From an uncultured Bacteroidota bacterium (GTDB lineage: Bacteria > Bacteroidota > Bacteroidia > Flavobacteriales > BACL11), in NCBI GenBank assembly GCA_902579065.1, contig CACHFI010000001.1:4152-68151 (forward strand): a stretch of 64,000 nucleotides of DNA, given 5' to 3'. Position 1 is the first letter of the stretch. Every line of letters starts with the position of its first letter. Of this stretch, positions 28,570 through 38,379 are shown piece by piece. The notes below the pieces were generated by a model that was not told where the DNA came from, did not search any database, and saw only the letters and a list, made by a program, of their open reading frames with translations. A program made the position numbers and the translations under genes.

Positions 28570-29412
28570 ATGAGATTGTATACAATAGACACAGGATATT
28601 TTAAATTAGATGGAGGAGCCATGTTTGGTGTTGTTCCAAAAGTACTTTGGAGTAGAACAAATCCCTCTGATGAAAATAATTTATGTCCTTGGGCTATGCG
28701 ATCACTTCTTATCGAAGAGGGAGATAGATTAATTTTGATTGACAATGGTATTGGAGATAAGCAAGACGATAAATTTTTAAGACATTATTATTTACATGGA
28801 GATGATAATTTAAAAAACTCATTAAATAAATATGGATTTTCAGAAGATGACGTAACAGATGTTTTTTTGAGTCATTTGCATTTTGATCATTGCGGTGGTA
28901 GTGTAAAATGGAATAAAGACAAAACGGGTTTCGAAATGACTTTTAAGAATGCTAAATATTGGAGTAATCAGCAGCATTGGCAGCATGCATTAGATTCAAA
29001 TTATAGAGAAAAAGCATCTTTTTTAAAGGATAATATTTTGCCAATTCAAGAAAGTGGACATTTGAATTTTATAAAAAGAGGAGAAAAATTTCAGAGCTTT
29101 TTTGATGTTTTATTTGTGGATGGCCATACAGAAGCTCAAATGATCCCCCATATTAAATATAAAGACAAGACTATTATTTTTGCTGCTGATTTACTTCCAA
29201 GTACCGGACATATTCCTTTAGCATATGTTATGGGTTATGATGTTCAGCCTTTAAAAACTCTAGATGAAAAGAGTAAGTTTTTATTGGATGCAGCAAATAA
29301 TAATCATATTATTTTCTTACAACATGATAATTACAATGAGTGTTGTACTGTCAAGGTAGGAGATAAGGGAGTTATGCTTGATCAGACTTTTAAATTGTCG
29401 GATATTCTGTAA
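28570..29412 (+). CDS. MBL-fold metallo-hydrolase
   Basis: Has the HLHFDHCGG metal-binding motif plus downstream His and Asp residues. Confidence 0.8.
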   Translation: MRLYTIDTGYFKLDGGAMFGVVPKVLWSRTNPSDENNLCPWAMRSLLIEEGDRLILIDNGIGDKQDDKFLRHYYLHGDDNLKNSLNKYGFSEDDVTDVFLSHLHFDHCGGSVKWNKDKTGFEMTFKNAKYWSNQQHWQHALDSNYREKASFLKDNILPIQESGHLNFIKRGEKFQSFFDVLFVDGHTEAQMIPHIKYKDKTIIFAADLLPSTGHIPLAYVMGYDVQPLKTLDEKSKFLLDAANNNHIIFLQHDNYNECCTVKVGDKGVMLDQTFKLSDIL

Positions 29413-29415
29413 GAA

Positions 29416-29583
29416 TTATTTTAAATCTCTGTAAAGCTTTTCAAGTCCAATCCAAATTAAAATAACTGGCCAATAAGTTTTAATCAAATAGGTAATTGAA
29501 ATATCTAAATAACCTAAGTTATCAAGTAGAAAAATAATACCACTTACTATTAATATAATTGATAGGCCTATACTTTTATTCAT
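29416..29583 (-). CDS. Small (55 aa) two-helix membrane protein, DUF5668/LiaF-TM-like; absent from the ORF track
   Basis: Hand translation of the minus strand gives MNKSIGLSIILIVSGIIFLLDNLGYLDISITYLIKTYWPVILIWIGLEKLYRDLK. The LDNLGY...WPVILI.IGL pattern is typical of that small-membrane-domain family. Confidence 0.5.
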   Translation of the reverse strand: MNKSIGLSIILIVSGIIFLLDNLGYLDISITYLIKTYWPVILIWIGLEKLYRDLK

Positions 29584-29610
29584 TTTTAAAATTTAAGTGG
29601 AACTAATATT

Positions 29611-29618
29611 TATTTTTG
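29611..29618 (+). promoter_or_regulatory. -7 promoter box (TATTTTTG) upstream of ettA
   Basis: Matches TAnnTTTG, 17 nt upstream of ATG 29636. Confidence 0.35.
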
Positions 29619-29635
29619 TATAAAAATAATAAAAT

Positions 29636-31324
29636 ATGTCAGAAGATAAGAAAGTAATATTTTCTATGGTTGGAGTTTCTAAATCCTTCAATAACAATAA
29701 CAAACAAGTATTAAAAGATATTTATTTGTCTTTTTTCTATGGAGCTAAAATTGGTATAATTGGATTAAATGGTTCTGGAAAATCTACATTATTAAAAATA
29801 ATAGCTGGTGTTGAAAAATCATTTCAAGGAGATGTGCATTTTTCCGAGGGCTATAATATTGGATATTTAGAGCAGGAGCCAAAATTAGATGACTCAAAAA
29901 CTGTTATTGATATTGTTAAAGAAGGAATGCAAGAATCGGTTGATGTATTACAAGAGTATAATGAAATAAATAACAAGTTTGCATTACCTGAATATTACGA
30001 AGATGCTGATAAAATGGAAAATCTTATGAAGCGACAAGGTGAATTGCAAGATAAGATAGATGCATTAGGGGCATGGGATTTAGATACAAAGTTAAATATT
30101 GCAATGGATGCTTTAAGATGTCCTGAACCAGATACTAAAATATCAGTGCTTTCAGGAGGAGAAAGAAGAAGGGTCGCATTATGTAGACTGTTATTAAAAG
30201 AGCCTGAAATTTTATTACTTGACGAACCTACAAACCATCTAGATGCCGAATCAGTATTATGGTTAGAAGAACATTTATCCAAATATAAAGGAACAGTAAT
30301 TGCAATTACACATGATAGATATTTTCTTGACAATGTAGCTGGATGGATTCTTGAACTCGATAGAGGAGAGGGTATTCCATGGAAAGGAAACTACTCATCA
30401 TGGTTAGATCAAAAATCTAAAAGGTTAGCAAAAGAAGAAAAAGTTGAAAGTAAAAGAAGAAAAACTCTTGAAAGAGAGTTAGAATGGGTTAGGATGTCCC
30501 CTAAGGGAAGGAGAACAAAATCAAAAGCTAGATTGAGCAATTATGAAAAACTACTTGAAAATAAATCAAAAGACAAAGAAGAAAAAATTGAACTTTATAT
30601 ACCTCCAGGGCCTAGACTTGGAAATAATGTTATTGAATCAGTAAATGTGTCTAAATCATTTGATGATAAAATTTTATATGAAAATTTAGAATTTAAATTA
30701 CCACCAGCAGGAATTGTTGGTGTTATTGGACCTAATGGAGCTGGAAAGACTACTTTGTTTAGAATGATAATGGGGCAGGAATCTGCTGATACTGGATCAT
30801 TTAGTGTTGGAGAGACTGTTAAGATTGCCTATGTTGATCAACAACATGCAGACATTGATCCTAATAAAACAATTTGGGAACAAATAACTGATGGTCAAGA
30901 GCAAATTAATGTAGGTGGAAAGTTAATGAATTCAAGAGCTTACGTAGCTAAATTTAATTTTAGTGGTTCAGATCAAAATAAAAAAGTTGGGGTCCTTTCT
31001 GGTGGAGAGAGAAACCGATTACATTTAGCATTAACACTAAGAAAAGAAGCTAATGTATTACTTCTTGACGAGCCAACTAATGACCTGGACGTTAATACTT
31101 TAAGAGCACTTGAAGAAGGCTTAGATAATTTCGCGGGATGTGCTGTAATTATTTCACATGATAGGTGGTTTTTAGATAGGATTTGCACACATATCTTAGC
31201 ATTTGAAGGAAATTCAAGTGTTTATTATTATGAAGGTGGATTTTCAGATTATGAAGAAAATAGAAGAAACAGACTGGGAGATATATCACCAACAAGAATA
31301 AAGTATAAAAAGCTAAAGAGATAA
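29636..31324 (+). CDS. ettA: Energy-dependent translational throttle protein EttA (ABC-F ATPase)
   Basis: Two NBDs are present: Walker A GLNGSGKST and GPNGAGKTT, and signatures LSGGERRR and LSGGERNR. It has the inter-domain linker and the roughly 560-aa length typical of EttA/YjjK. Confidence 0.9.
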   Translation: MSEDKKVIFSMVGVSKSFNNNNKQVLKDIYLSFFYGAKIGIIGLNGSGKSTLLKIIAGVEKSFQGDVHFSEGYNIGYLEQEPKLDDSKTVIDIVKEGMQESVDVLQEYNEINNKFALPEYYEDADKMENLMKRQGELQDKIDALGAWDLDTKLNIAMDALRCPEPDTKISVLSGGERRRVALCRLLLKEPEILLLDEPTNHLDAESVLWLEEHLSKYKGTVIAITHDRYFLDNVAGWILELDRGEGIPWKGNYSSWLDQKSKRLAKEEKVESKRRKTLERELEWVRMSPKGRRTKSKARLSNYEKLLENKSKDKEEKIELYIPPGPRLGNNVIESVNVSKSFDDKILYENLEFKLPPAGIVGVIGPNGAGKTTLFRMIMGQESADTGSFSVGETVKIAYVDQQHADIDPNKTIWEQITDGQEQINVGGKLMNSRAYVAKFNFSGSDQNKKVGVLSGGERNRLHLALTLRKEANVLLLDEPTNDLDVNTLRALEEGLDNFAGCAVIISHDRWFLDRICTHILAFEGNSSVYYYEGGFSDYEENRRNRLGDISPTRIKYKKLKR

Positions 31325-31325
31325 A

Positions 31326-32402
31326 TTATCTCATTGAAAACCTAACTAGCACAAATGCGATTACTGTAAAAATTAGGTTAGGAATCCAAACCGCTATAAT
31401 TGGAAGTAAATTACTATTTGTTGCAAAGGTTGTAGATATTTGCATAAATAGAATATAAGCAAAACTCATAAGTAGGCCTAAACTTAATTGAATACCAGCA
31501 CCTCCTCTAATTTTTCTGGAACCAATAGCAACTGCAATAACAGTTAGAATAATAGTTGAGAAAGGATTAGCAATTCTCTTATGTTTCTCAATTTTATGAT
31601 AGACAATTTGAGCGGTTCCTTTTATTTCCTCTTGTTTAATATATTGATTTAGTTTTTTCATACCCATCGTTTCAACAAGACTTCTGTTTTTTGCAAGATC
31701 AGATGGGCTTAAATTAATAACAGTATCTATAATTGCACCTTTTATAATTTCATCATTTTTTTCTTGATATTTTCTTATAAAATAATCTCTTGCTTTCCAG
31801 TTATTATTTACAGTATCATATTCAATATAGTTTGCACTTAATTTACTTTTTAACACATTATTTTCAAAATTTTCTAGAGTAAATTTATAACCAATGTTTT
31901 TACTTCTATTATAACTTTCCATATACACATATTGATCTCTTTGTATTTGCATATGTATGTTTTTTATTCTCTTTTTTTGTTTTCTTTTAATGTATTTATT
32001 TTCAAAATCAATTCTTTCCTTATTAGTTTCTGGTATAATGAAATTTCCTAGTACAAAAGAAAGAGATGCTAAAAAAAACGCTGTCATAATAAATGGTCGC
32101 AATAATCTAGAAAAACTCATTCCAGAATTTAGTATTGCAATTATTTCACTATCACCAGCCATTTTGGATGTAAAATATATAACTGATATGAATATGAAGA
32201 GTGGACTAAAAAGATTTCCGAAGTAAGGAATAAAGTTTAAATAGTAATCGAAAATTATTTTATCTACTGATACATTGCTTCTTAAAAAATCATCAATTTT
32301 TTCAGAGATATCAAATACTATTACAATGATTAATATTAATGAGATTGTAAAGAAAAAAGTACTTAAAAATTTTTTAATAATGTACCAATCAAATTTTTTC
32401 AT
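31326..32402 (-). CDS. LptF/LptG-family LPS export permease
   Basis: The N-terminus MKKFDWYIIKKFLSTFFFT is typical of the YjgP/YjgQ family. The protein has six TM segments flanking a periplasmic beta-jellyroll region. Confidence 0.8.
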   Translation of the reverse strand: MKKFDWYIIKKFLSTFFFTISLILIIVIVFDISEKIDDFLRSNVSVDKIIFDYYLNFIPYFGNLFSPLFIFISVIYFTSKMAGDSEIIAILNSGMSFSRLLRPFIMTAFFLASLSFVLGNFIIPETNKERIDFENKYIKRKQKKRIKNIHMQIQRDQYVYMESYNRSKNIGYKFTLENFENNVLKSKLSANYIEYDTVNNNWKARDYFIRKYQEKNDEIIKGAIIDTVINLSPSDLAKNRSLVETMGMKKLNQYIKQEEIKGTAQIVYHKIEKHKRIANPFSTIILTVIAVAIGSRKIRGGAGIQLSLGLLMSFAYILFMQISTTFATNSNLLPIIAVWIPNLIFTVIAFVLVRFSMR

Positions 32403-33532
32403 TAGAGTCTTCTATCTAATTTTTTTACCATTTTATTCTTCCACTCATTAAAATTTCCTTCAGAAATATGTTTTTTACTTTCTTCTAATAACCATAAATA
32501 AAATCTAATATTGTGAAGTGTTGCAATTTGTTTTGCAAGAAGTTCATTGTTAGAGAATAAATGTCTCAAATAAGCTTTAGAGTATGTTTTATCGACGTAT
32601 GATGTTCCATTATCATCAATTAATGAAAAATCATTTTTCCATTTTTTGTTTTTGATATTTATGGTTCCTTCAGATGTGAATAACATTCCGTTTCTAGCAT
32701 TTCTACTTGGCATTACACAATCAAACATGTCAATTCCTAGTGCAATATTTTCAAGTAAATTTGTGGGAGTACCAACTCCCATTAAATATCTAGGCTTGTC
32801 TTTTGGAAAAATATTAGTAACTATCTCTGTCATTTCATACATTAAATCGTGTGGTTCTCCAACTGAAAGTCCACCAATTGCATAACCATCTAATTCATAT
32901 TTAACAATTTCTTCAGCAGATTGTTTCCTTAAATCTTTATAAACACTTCCCTGAACTATTGGGAATAACGATTGAGAAAAACTATATCTGCTAGAGGTAT
33001 TTTCAAATCGTTCACAACATCTTTTTAACCATCTATGAGTAAGATGCATTGAAGCTTTTGCATAATTATAATCACAAGGGTATGGGGTGCATTCATCAAA
33101 AGCCATTATTATGTCTGCTCCAATCATTCTTTGAACATCAATTGCGTATTCAGGAGTAAAAAAATGTTTTGAACCATCTATATGAGATTGAAACTCTACA
33201 CCCTTTTCTGATATTTTTCGATTATTTGATAAAGAGTACACTTGATATCCACCACTATCAGTTAATATTGGTTTTTCCCATCCTATAAATTTATGTAATC
33301 CTCTTGCTTTAGTTATTGTGTCAAGGCCAGGTCTCAGATAGAGATGATACGTATTTCCTAAAATTATTTGAGCTTTTGTATCATTTAAAAGTTCATGTTG
33401 ATGAACCCCTTTTACACTTCCTGATGTACCAACTGGCATAAAAATAGGCGTTTCTATTTCTCCATGATCAGTGATTATTTTACCTAATCGAGCATTTGAT
33501 TTCTTATCAGTTTTTAATAATGAGAATTCCAT
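32402..33532 (-). CDS. tgt: Queuine tRNA-ribosyltransferase
   Basis: Contains PIFMPVGT, TDSGG.Q, LMGVGTP and DCVMPSRNARNG motifs. Its stop overlaps the downstream start by 1 nt (TAATG). Confidence 0.95.
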   Translation of the reverse strand: MEFSLLKTDKKSNARLGKIITDHGEIETPIFMPVGTSGSVKGVHQHELLNDTKAQIILGNTYHLYLRPGLDTITKARGLHKFIGWEKPILTDSGGYQVYSLSNNRKISEKGVEFQSHIDGSKHFFTPEYAIDVQRMIGADIIMAFDECTPYPCDYNYAKASMHLTHRWLKRCCERFENTSSRYSFSQSLFPIVQGSVYKDLRKQSAEEIVKYELDGYAIGGLSVGEPHDLMYEMTEIVTNIFPKDKPRYLMGVGTPTNLLENIALGIDMFDCVMPSRNARNGMLFTSEGTINIKNKKWKNDFSLIDDNGTSYVDKTYSKAYLRHLFSNNELLAKQIATLHNIRFYLWLLEESKKHISEGNFNEWKNKMVKKLDRRL

Positions 33533-33598
33533 AAAACAAAAATAATCTAATTTGATACTTCTAGATTGATATATATCATAAATCTGATAAGATATTAT

Positions 33599-33606
33599 TA
33601 TTTTTG
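33599..33606 (+). promoter_or_regulatory. -7 promoter box (TATTTTTG) for the RNase P RNA gene
   Basis: Matches TAnnTTTG and ends 5 nt before the first base of the predicted P1 helix at 33611. Confidence 0.45.
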
Positions 33607-33610
33607 CTCT

Positions 33611-33909
33611 AATAGTTACTGATGCTATCGCTTTAATTTTTTAAAGAGGAAAGTCCGGACACCACAGAGTAGCATAGCGGATAACATCCGTCCAGTGCAA
33701 ACTGAGGACTAGTGCAACAGAAAGAATGTACAGTTAGGCTGTAGTGAAATCATGTAAACTCTATGCGGTGCAATGCCATGTATACCAAGATTTAAAAGAT
33801 TACTCGTCTTTCTTGGGGGGTGGGCAGCTTGAGGTAAAAGGTAACTTTTACTCTAGATAAATGATAGCACTTTTTAAAAAGAACAGAATCCGGCTTATGT
33901 GTAACTATT
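33611..33909 (+). ncRNA. rnpB: RNase P RNA (bacterial type A), compact version of about 300 nt
   Basis: Has the universal P4 strands GAGGAAAGTCCGGAC (5') and ACAGAATCCGGCTTAT (3'). Also has the conserved blocks AGTGCAACAGAAAG and GGGCAGCTTGAGG...CTAGATAAATGA. The P1 helix pairs AATAGTTAC (33611-19) with GTAACTATT (33901-09). Confidence 0.92.
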
Positions 33910-33914
33910 GTTTT

Positions 33915-33942
33915 AAGCCGACACTTAGGTGTCGGCTTTTTA
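33915..33942 (+). terminator. Rho-independent terminator after rnpB
   Basis: Perfect 10-bp stem AAGCCGACAC/GTGTCGGCTT with a TTAG loop, followed by a T run. Confidence 0.85.
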
Positions 33943-33954
33943 TATCTTTGTTTT

Positions 33955-34875
33955 ATGAAAATTAATCTGATTTTTTTGATTTGTTGTCTTATACATTTAA
34001 ATGTTTTACCTCAGGATACTTTATTGCCTGTTGTTATATTGGATGATGTTATAATCTCAGAAGAAAAAAATGGATTTTCAGTTGAGGATTTTATTTATTA
34101 TGTCAAAAATGACACAACTTTTTATAAAGGATTTAAACATTTAAGATATTATCAGCATAATTACTATAGTACATTAAATATTTATAATAAAAAAAATAAA
34201 AAAATTGGTTCTTTAAATCGATCAGGAGTCCATTTTTCGGATTCCAAAAAAGCATGGGTTGTTGATGATTCATTAAACTATTCTGGAAGAATTTACAAGA
34301 GAAGTGGGGATTATAGACATTATACAACTGAGGCATTTGATGAAGTTTTTTTTCCTTATGATAGTGTTGAAGTTTCTTTAAAAATAAATAAGAAAAAAAG
34401 CGAAAATGAAAGTCAAAATATGAGAGATGCAAAAACTATTGGTTTCTCTATTGGTACAGATAATGTTAAACAATCAAAAGGAGGAGCAAATAAAAGGTTT
34501 GCAATTTTTGATATTGATATGCAAAAGTATTATGATTATTTAATAAGTGATACAGTTTATTTAAATAAACCTTGTTATGTTTTTACTGTAAAGGTAAAAG
34601 AAAATCTTTCTGAAAAGGACAGTCAAAAAGCTCTCATAAGAAAGGTTTTGTCCTATTTTGATAAAGATAATTTTAATGTTATTTATAGAGAGTATGAGTT
34701 TACATACAAAAATTGGCTTATTGATTTAGATATGGATGTTATAGTTAATTTAGATTATGTTGATGACGTGCATGTTCCTACAAAAATTATGTATGAAGGT
34801 TTTTGGAAAGTTTTATTCTTTAAAAAAGAAAAAGCAGATTTTTTATTAAATCTCTCAAATTATGTCATAAAATAG
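33955..34875 (+). CDS. Secreted hypothetical protein (306 aa)
   Basis: Long ORF with a signal-like N-terminus (MKINLIFLICCLIHLNVLPQ). No domain recognised. Confidence 0.7.
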   Translation: MKINLIFLICCLIHLNVLPQDTLLPVVILDDVIISEEKNGFSVEDFIYYVKNDTTFYKGFKHLRYYQHNYYSTLNIYNKKNKKIGSLNRSGVHFSDSKKAWVVDDSLNYSGRIYKRSGDYRHYTTEAFDEVFFPYDSVEVSLKINKKKSENESQNMRDAKTIGFSIGTDNVKQSKGGANKRFAIFDIDMQKYYDYLISDTVYLNKPCYVFTVKVKENLSEKDSQKALIRKVLSYFDKDNFNVIYREYEFTYKNWLIDLDMDVIVNLDYVDDVHVPTKIMYEGFWKVLFFKKEKADFLLNLSNYVIK

Positions 34876-34910
34876 AATGTTTTTAATGTTTAAAATATTT
34901 ATAAAAATAT

Positions 34911-34940
34911 TTTGCAGTAAAGAAAAACGGCTTAAATTTG
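34911..34940 (+). promoter_or_regulatory. Bacteroidota-type promoter for rpmH (-33 TTTG, 18-nt spacer, -7 TAAATTTG)
   Basis: TTTG lies at 34911-14 and TAAATTTG at 34933-40. The rpmH ATG is 28 nt further downstream. Confidence 0.5.
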
Positions 34941-34967
34941 CCAACTAAATAAGAAATACTTAAAGTT

Positions 34968-35126
34968 ATGCCAAAAAGAACGTTTCAACCATCAAACAGA
35001 AAAAGAAAAAACAAGCACGGTTTTATGGACCGTATGTCTACTGCTGATGGACAAAAAGTTATCTCAAGAAGAAGAGCAAAAGGAAGAAAGAGATTAACAG
35101 TTTCTGATGAAATGGGTCATAAATAA
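34968..35126 (+). CDS. rpmH: 50S ribosomal protein L34; absent from the ORF track
   Basis: Hand translation gives [52 protein letters not shown], a canonical L34 sequence. Confidence 0.95.
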   Translation: MPKRTFQPSNRKRKNKHGFMDRMSTADGQKVISRRRAKGRKRLTVSDEMGHK

Positions 35127-35150
35127 AATGATTTCTTAAACCAAAATATA

Positions 35151-35180
35151 AGTGTTGCTTTTGCAACACTTTTTTTTTTG
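35151..35180 (+). terminator. Rho-independent terminator after rpmH
   Basis: 8-bp stem AGTGTTGC/GCAACACT with a TTTT loop, followed by a 9-T run. Confidence 0.8.
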
Positions 35181-35267
35181 ATTTTTTTTAAAAACTTTTG
35201 AAAACTTTAAATACTAGAAAGTAAATCAATTAACAAAAAATGTAAATTCGCATTAATCGAAAAAAAT

Positions 35268-38114
35268 ATGCCAAAAAATAATTCAATAAAATCAATTTTA
35301 ATAATAGGCAGTGGGCCTATTGTTATTGGTCAAGCTTGCGAGTTTGACTATTCTGGATCACAAGCTGCAAGATCATTAAGAGATGAAGGGATAGAGGTTT
35401 CATTAATTAATTCCAATCCTGCAACAATCATGACTGATAAAGTTGTTGCTGATCATGTTTATTTAAAACCACTTACACCTGAATCAATTATTGAGATTCT
35501 GGAAGAAAGAGACATAGATGCTGTTTTACCAACAATGGGTGGGCAAACTGCTTTAAATCTATGTATTGATGTTGATGAAAAAGGTATATGGAAAAAATAT
35601 AATGTAGATATTATTGGAGTTGATATTGATGCGATTCATATTACTGAGGACAGAGAACAGTTCAGAAAACTTATGAACGAAATTGATATTCCTGTAGCTC
35701 CTGCTAAAATTGCAACTTCATTCTTACAAGGAAAAAAAATTGCACAAGAATTAGGCTTTCCTCTTGTAATTAGGCCTTCTTTTACTCTTGGAGGTAGTGG
35801 AGCTTCTTTTGTTCATACTAAGCAAGAATTTGAAGATCTTTTATCTAAAGGTCTACATGCTTCTCCAATTCATGAAGTTTTGATTGATAAAGCTGTCGTT
35901 GGATGGAAAGAATATGAATTAGAATTATTAAGGGACGATAACGATAATGTTATTATTATATGTAATATAGAAAATCTTGATCCTATGGGTATCCATACTG
36001 GAGATTCTATTACAATAGCACCATCAATGACATTGTCTGATTCTGCTTATCAAAGAATGAGAACAATGGCTATTAAAATGATGAGATCTATCGGGGAATT
36101 TGCTGGTGGTTGTAATGTACAATTTGCTGTCAGTCCTGATGAAAAAGAAGATATTATTGCTATTGAAATTAATCCAAGAGTATCTCGATCTTCAGCTCTT
36201 GCTTCTAAAGCCACTGGATATCCGATTGCAAAAATTGCTTCAAAATTAGCCATAGGATATACTTTAGATGAACTTAATAATCAAATTACTAAAAATACAT
36301 CTGCTTGTTTTGAACCAACTTTGGATTATGTTGTTATTAAGATACCAAGATGGAATTTTGATAAATTTAAAGGATCTGATACTAATCTTGGATTACAGAT
36401 GAAATCAGTTGGAGAAGTTATGGCAATTGGAAGATCATTTCAAGAGGCTCTACAAAAAGGTTGTCAATCTTTAGAAATAGGTAGAAATGGACTTGGTGCT
36501 GATGGAAGAGAAATAACTAATCAAGATGAGATATTAAAAAGACTAAAATATGCTAGTAGTGACAGAATTTTTAGAATTTATGATGCCTTTAGAATTGGTA
36601 TTCCAATTCAAAGAATTCATGATATAACAAAAATTGACTTTTGGTTTTTAAGACAAATAGAGGAACTTGTAGTATTTGAAAATGAGCTTAGAAAATATAC
36701 AGTTCAATCCATTTCAAAAGATTTATTATTGGAAGCTAAGATAAAAGGTTTTGCAGATAGGCAGATAGCTCATCTTTTAAATTGTTTAGAAAGTGAAGTT
36801 TTCAATCTTCGTCAAACAATGAATATTAATAGAGTTTATAAATTAGTAGATACCTGCGCTGCTGAGTTTGTAGCTAAAACACCATATTATTACTCTACTT
36901 TTGAAATGGACAAAGAAGTTAATGGAGAAAGATTTGCAGAAAATGAAAGTATTTCCTCAGACAAAGAAAAAATAATAGTTTTAGGATCTGGACCAAATAG
37001 AATTGGTCAGGGTATAGAGTTTGATTATTCATGTGTTCATGGTGTTCTTGCTTCCAAAGAATGTGGTTATGAAACAATAATGATAAATTGTAATCCTGAA
37101 ACAGTTTCTACAGATAATGATACAGCAGATAAATTATACTTTGAACCTGTATTTTGGGAACACATATATGATATTATTCTTCATGAAAAACCAAAAGGAG
37201 TTATTGTACAACTTGGAGGTCAAACAGCATTAAAACTAGCTGAAAAACTTGAAAGATATAATATCAACATTATGGGAACATCTTATAAAGCTTTAGATGT
37301 TGCTGAGGATAGAGGAAGATTTTCTGAACTTTTAGAAAAAAATAATATTCCATTTCCAAAATTTGCTGTTGCTCAAACTGCTGAGGAAGCAATTAATATT
37401 TCAAAAGACCTAAATTTTCCAATCTTAGTGAGACCTTCATATGTTTTAGGTGGACAGGGAATGAAAATTGTTATTAATGAAGATGAATTAGAGCATCATA
37501 TAATTAATCTACTAAAGGATATTCCTGGAAATCGAGTTCTATTAGATCATTATTTGGATAATGCAATAGAAGCAGAAGCTGATGCCATTTGTGATGGAAA
37601 GGATGTGTATATCATTGGTATCATGGAGCATATTGAGCCTTGTGGTATTCATTCTGGTGATTCTTACGCTGTGTTACCAACATTTGATCTAAGTGATAAT
37701 GTAAGGCAACAAATGATTGATATAACCAAAAAAATTGCTGTTGCACTAGAAACAGTTGGTTTAATTAATATCCAATTTGCAATTAAAGATGAAGTAGTTT
37801 ATGTTATTGAAGCTAATCCTAGAGCTTCTCGAACTGTTCCTTTTATTGCAAAGGCCTATGATGAACCTTATGTAAATTATGCTTCAAAAGTAATGCTTGG
37901 ACAAAATAAAGTTGCTGATTTTGAGTTTAATCCAAAGAAAAAAGGATATGCTATAAAAGTTCCAGTATTCTCATTTAATAAATTTCCAAATGTAAATAAA
38001 GAGTTGGGACCAGAAATGAAATCTACTGGAGAAAGTATATATTTTATTGATGATTTAATGGATGATTATTTTGTAAAAGTATATTCAGAAAGAAATTTAT
38101 ATTTGAGTAAATAA
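35268..38114 (+). CDS. carB: Carbamoyl-phosphate synthase large subunit
   Basis: 948 aa with duplicated ATP-grasp halves (IGSGPIVIGQACEFDYSGSQA and LGSGPNRIGQGIEFDY; EINPRVSRSSALASKATG and EANPRASRTVPF.AKA). Confidence 0.96.
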   Translation: MPKNNSIKSILIIGSGPIVIGQACEFDYSGSQAARSLRDEGIEVSLINSNPATIMTDKVVADHVYLKPLTPESIIEILEERDIDAVLPTMGGQTALNLCIDVDEKGIWKKYNVDIIGVDIDAIHITEDREQFRKLMNEIDIPVAPAKIATSFLQGKKIAQELGFPLVIRPSFTLGGSGASFVHTKQEFEDLLSKGLHASPIHEVLIDKAVVGWKEYELELLRDDNDNVIIICNIENLDPMGIHTGDSITIAPSMTLSDSAYQRMRTMAIKMMRSIGEFAGGCNVQFAVSPDEKEDIIAIEINPRVSRSSALASKATGYPIAKIASKLAIGYTLDELNNQITKNTSACFEPTLDYVVIKIPRWNFDKFKGSDTNLGLQMKSVGEVMAIGRSFQEALQKGCQSLEIGRNGLGADGREITNQDEILKRLKYASSDRIFRIYDAFRIGIPIQRIHDITKIDFWFLRQIEELVVFENELRKYTVQSISKDLLLEAKIKGFADRQIAHLLNCLESEVFNLRQTMNINRVYKLVDTCAAEFVAKTPYYYSTFEMDKEVNGERFAENESISSDKEKIIVLGSGPNRIGQGIEFDYSCVHGVLASKECGYETIMINCNPETVSTDNDTADKLYFEPVFWEHIYDIILHEKPKGVIVQLGGQTALKLAEKLERYNINIMGTSYKALDVAEDRGRFSELLEKNNIPFPKFAVAQTAEEAINISKDLNFPILVRPSYVLGGQGMKIVINEDELEHHIINLLKDIPGNRVLLDHYLDNAIEAEADAICDGKDVYIIGIMEHIEPCGIHSGDSYAVLPTFDLSDNVRQQMIDITKKIAVALETVGLINIQFAIKDEVVYVIEANPRASRTVPFIAKAYDEPYVNYASKVMLGQNKVADFEFNPKKKGYAIKVPVFSFNKFPNVNKELGPEMKSTGESIYFIDDLMDDYFVKVYSERNLYLSK

Positions 38115-38371
38115 TGCCATTTTTAAAAACATTAGCTATAATCTTTTTAGTTTACTATTTTTTTAAATATACTTTAAGATTATTAGCTCCTTTTATTTTA
38201 CAATCTTTTGCTAAAAAAATGCAGCAAAAATTTAATGATCAGTTTACTCAGCAGCATCAAAATAGTAAGAATAAGGAAGGTGATATTACAATTGAAGGAA
38301 AAAAAAATAATGCTAAATCAAAAGATCATAATGTAGGTGATTATGTTGATTTTGAAGAAGTAGAAGAATAA
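38114..38371 (+). CDS. DUF4834-family small membrane protein
   Basis: Has an N-terminal TM helix, a low-complexity middle and a C-terminal GDYVDFEEVEE motif characteristic of this family. Its start overlaps the carB stop. Confidence 0.65.
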   Translation: MPFLKTLAIIFLVYYFFKYTLRLLAPFILQSFAKKMQQKFNDQFTQQHQNSKNKEGDITIEGKKNNAKSKDHNVGDYVDFEEVEE

Positions 38372-38379
38372 AACTTATT

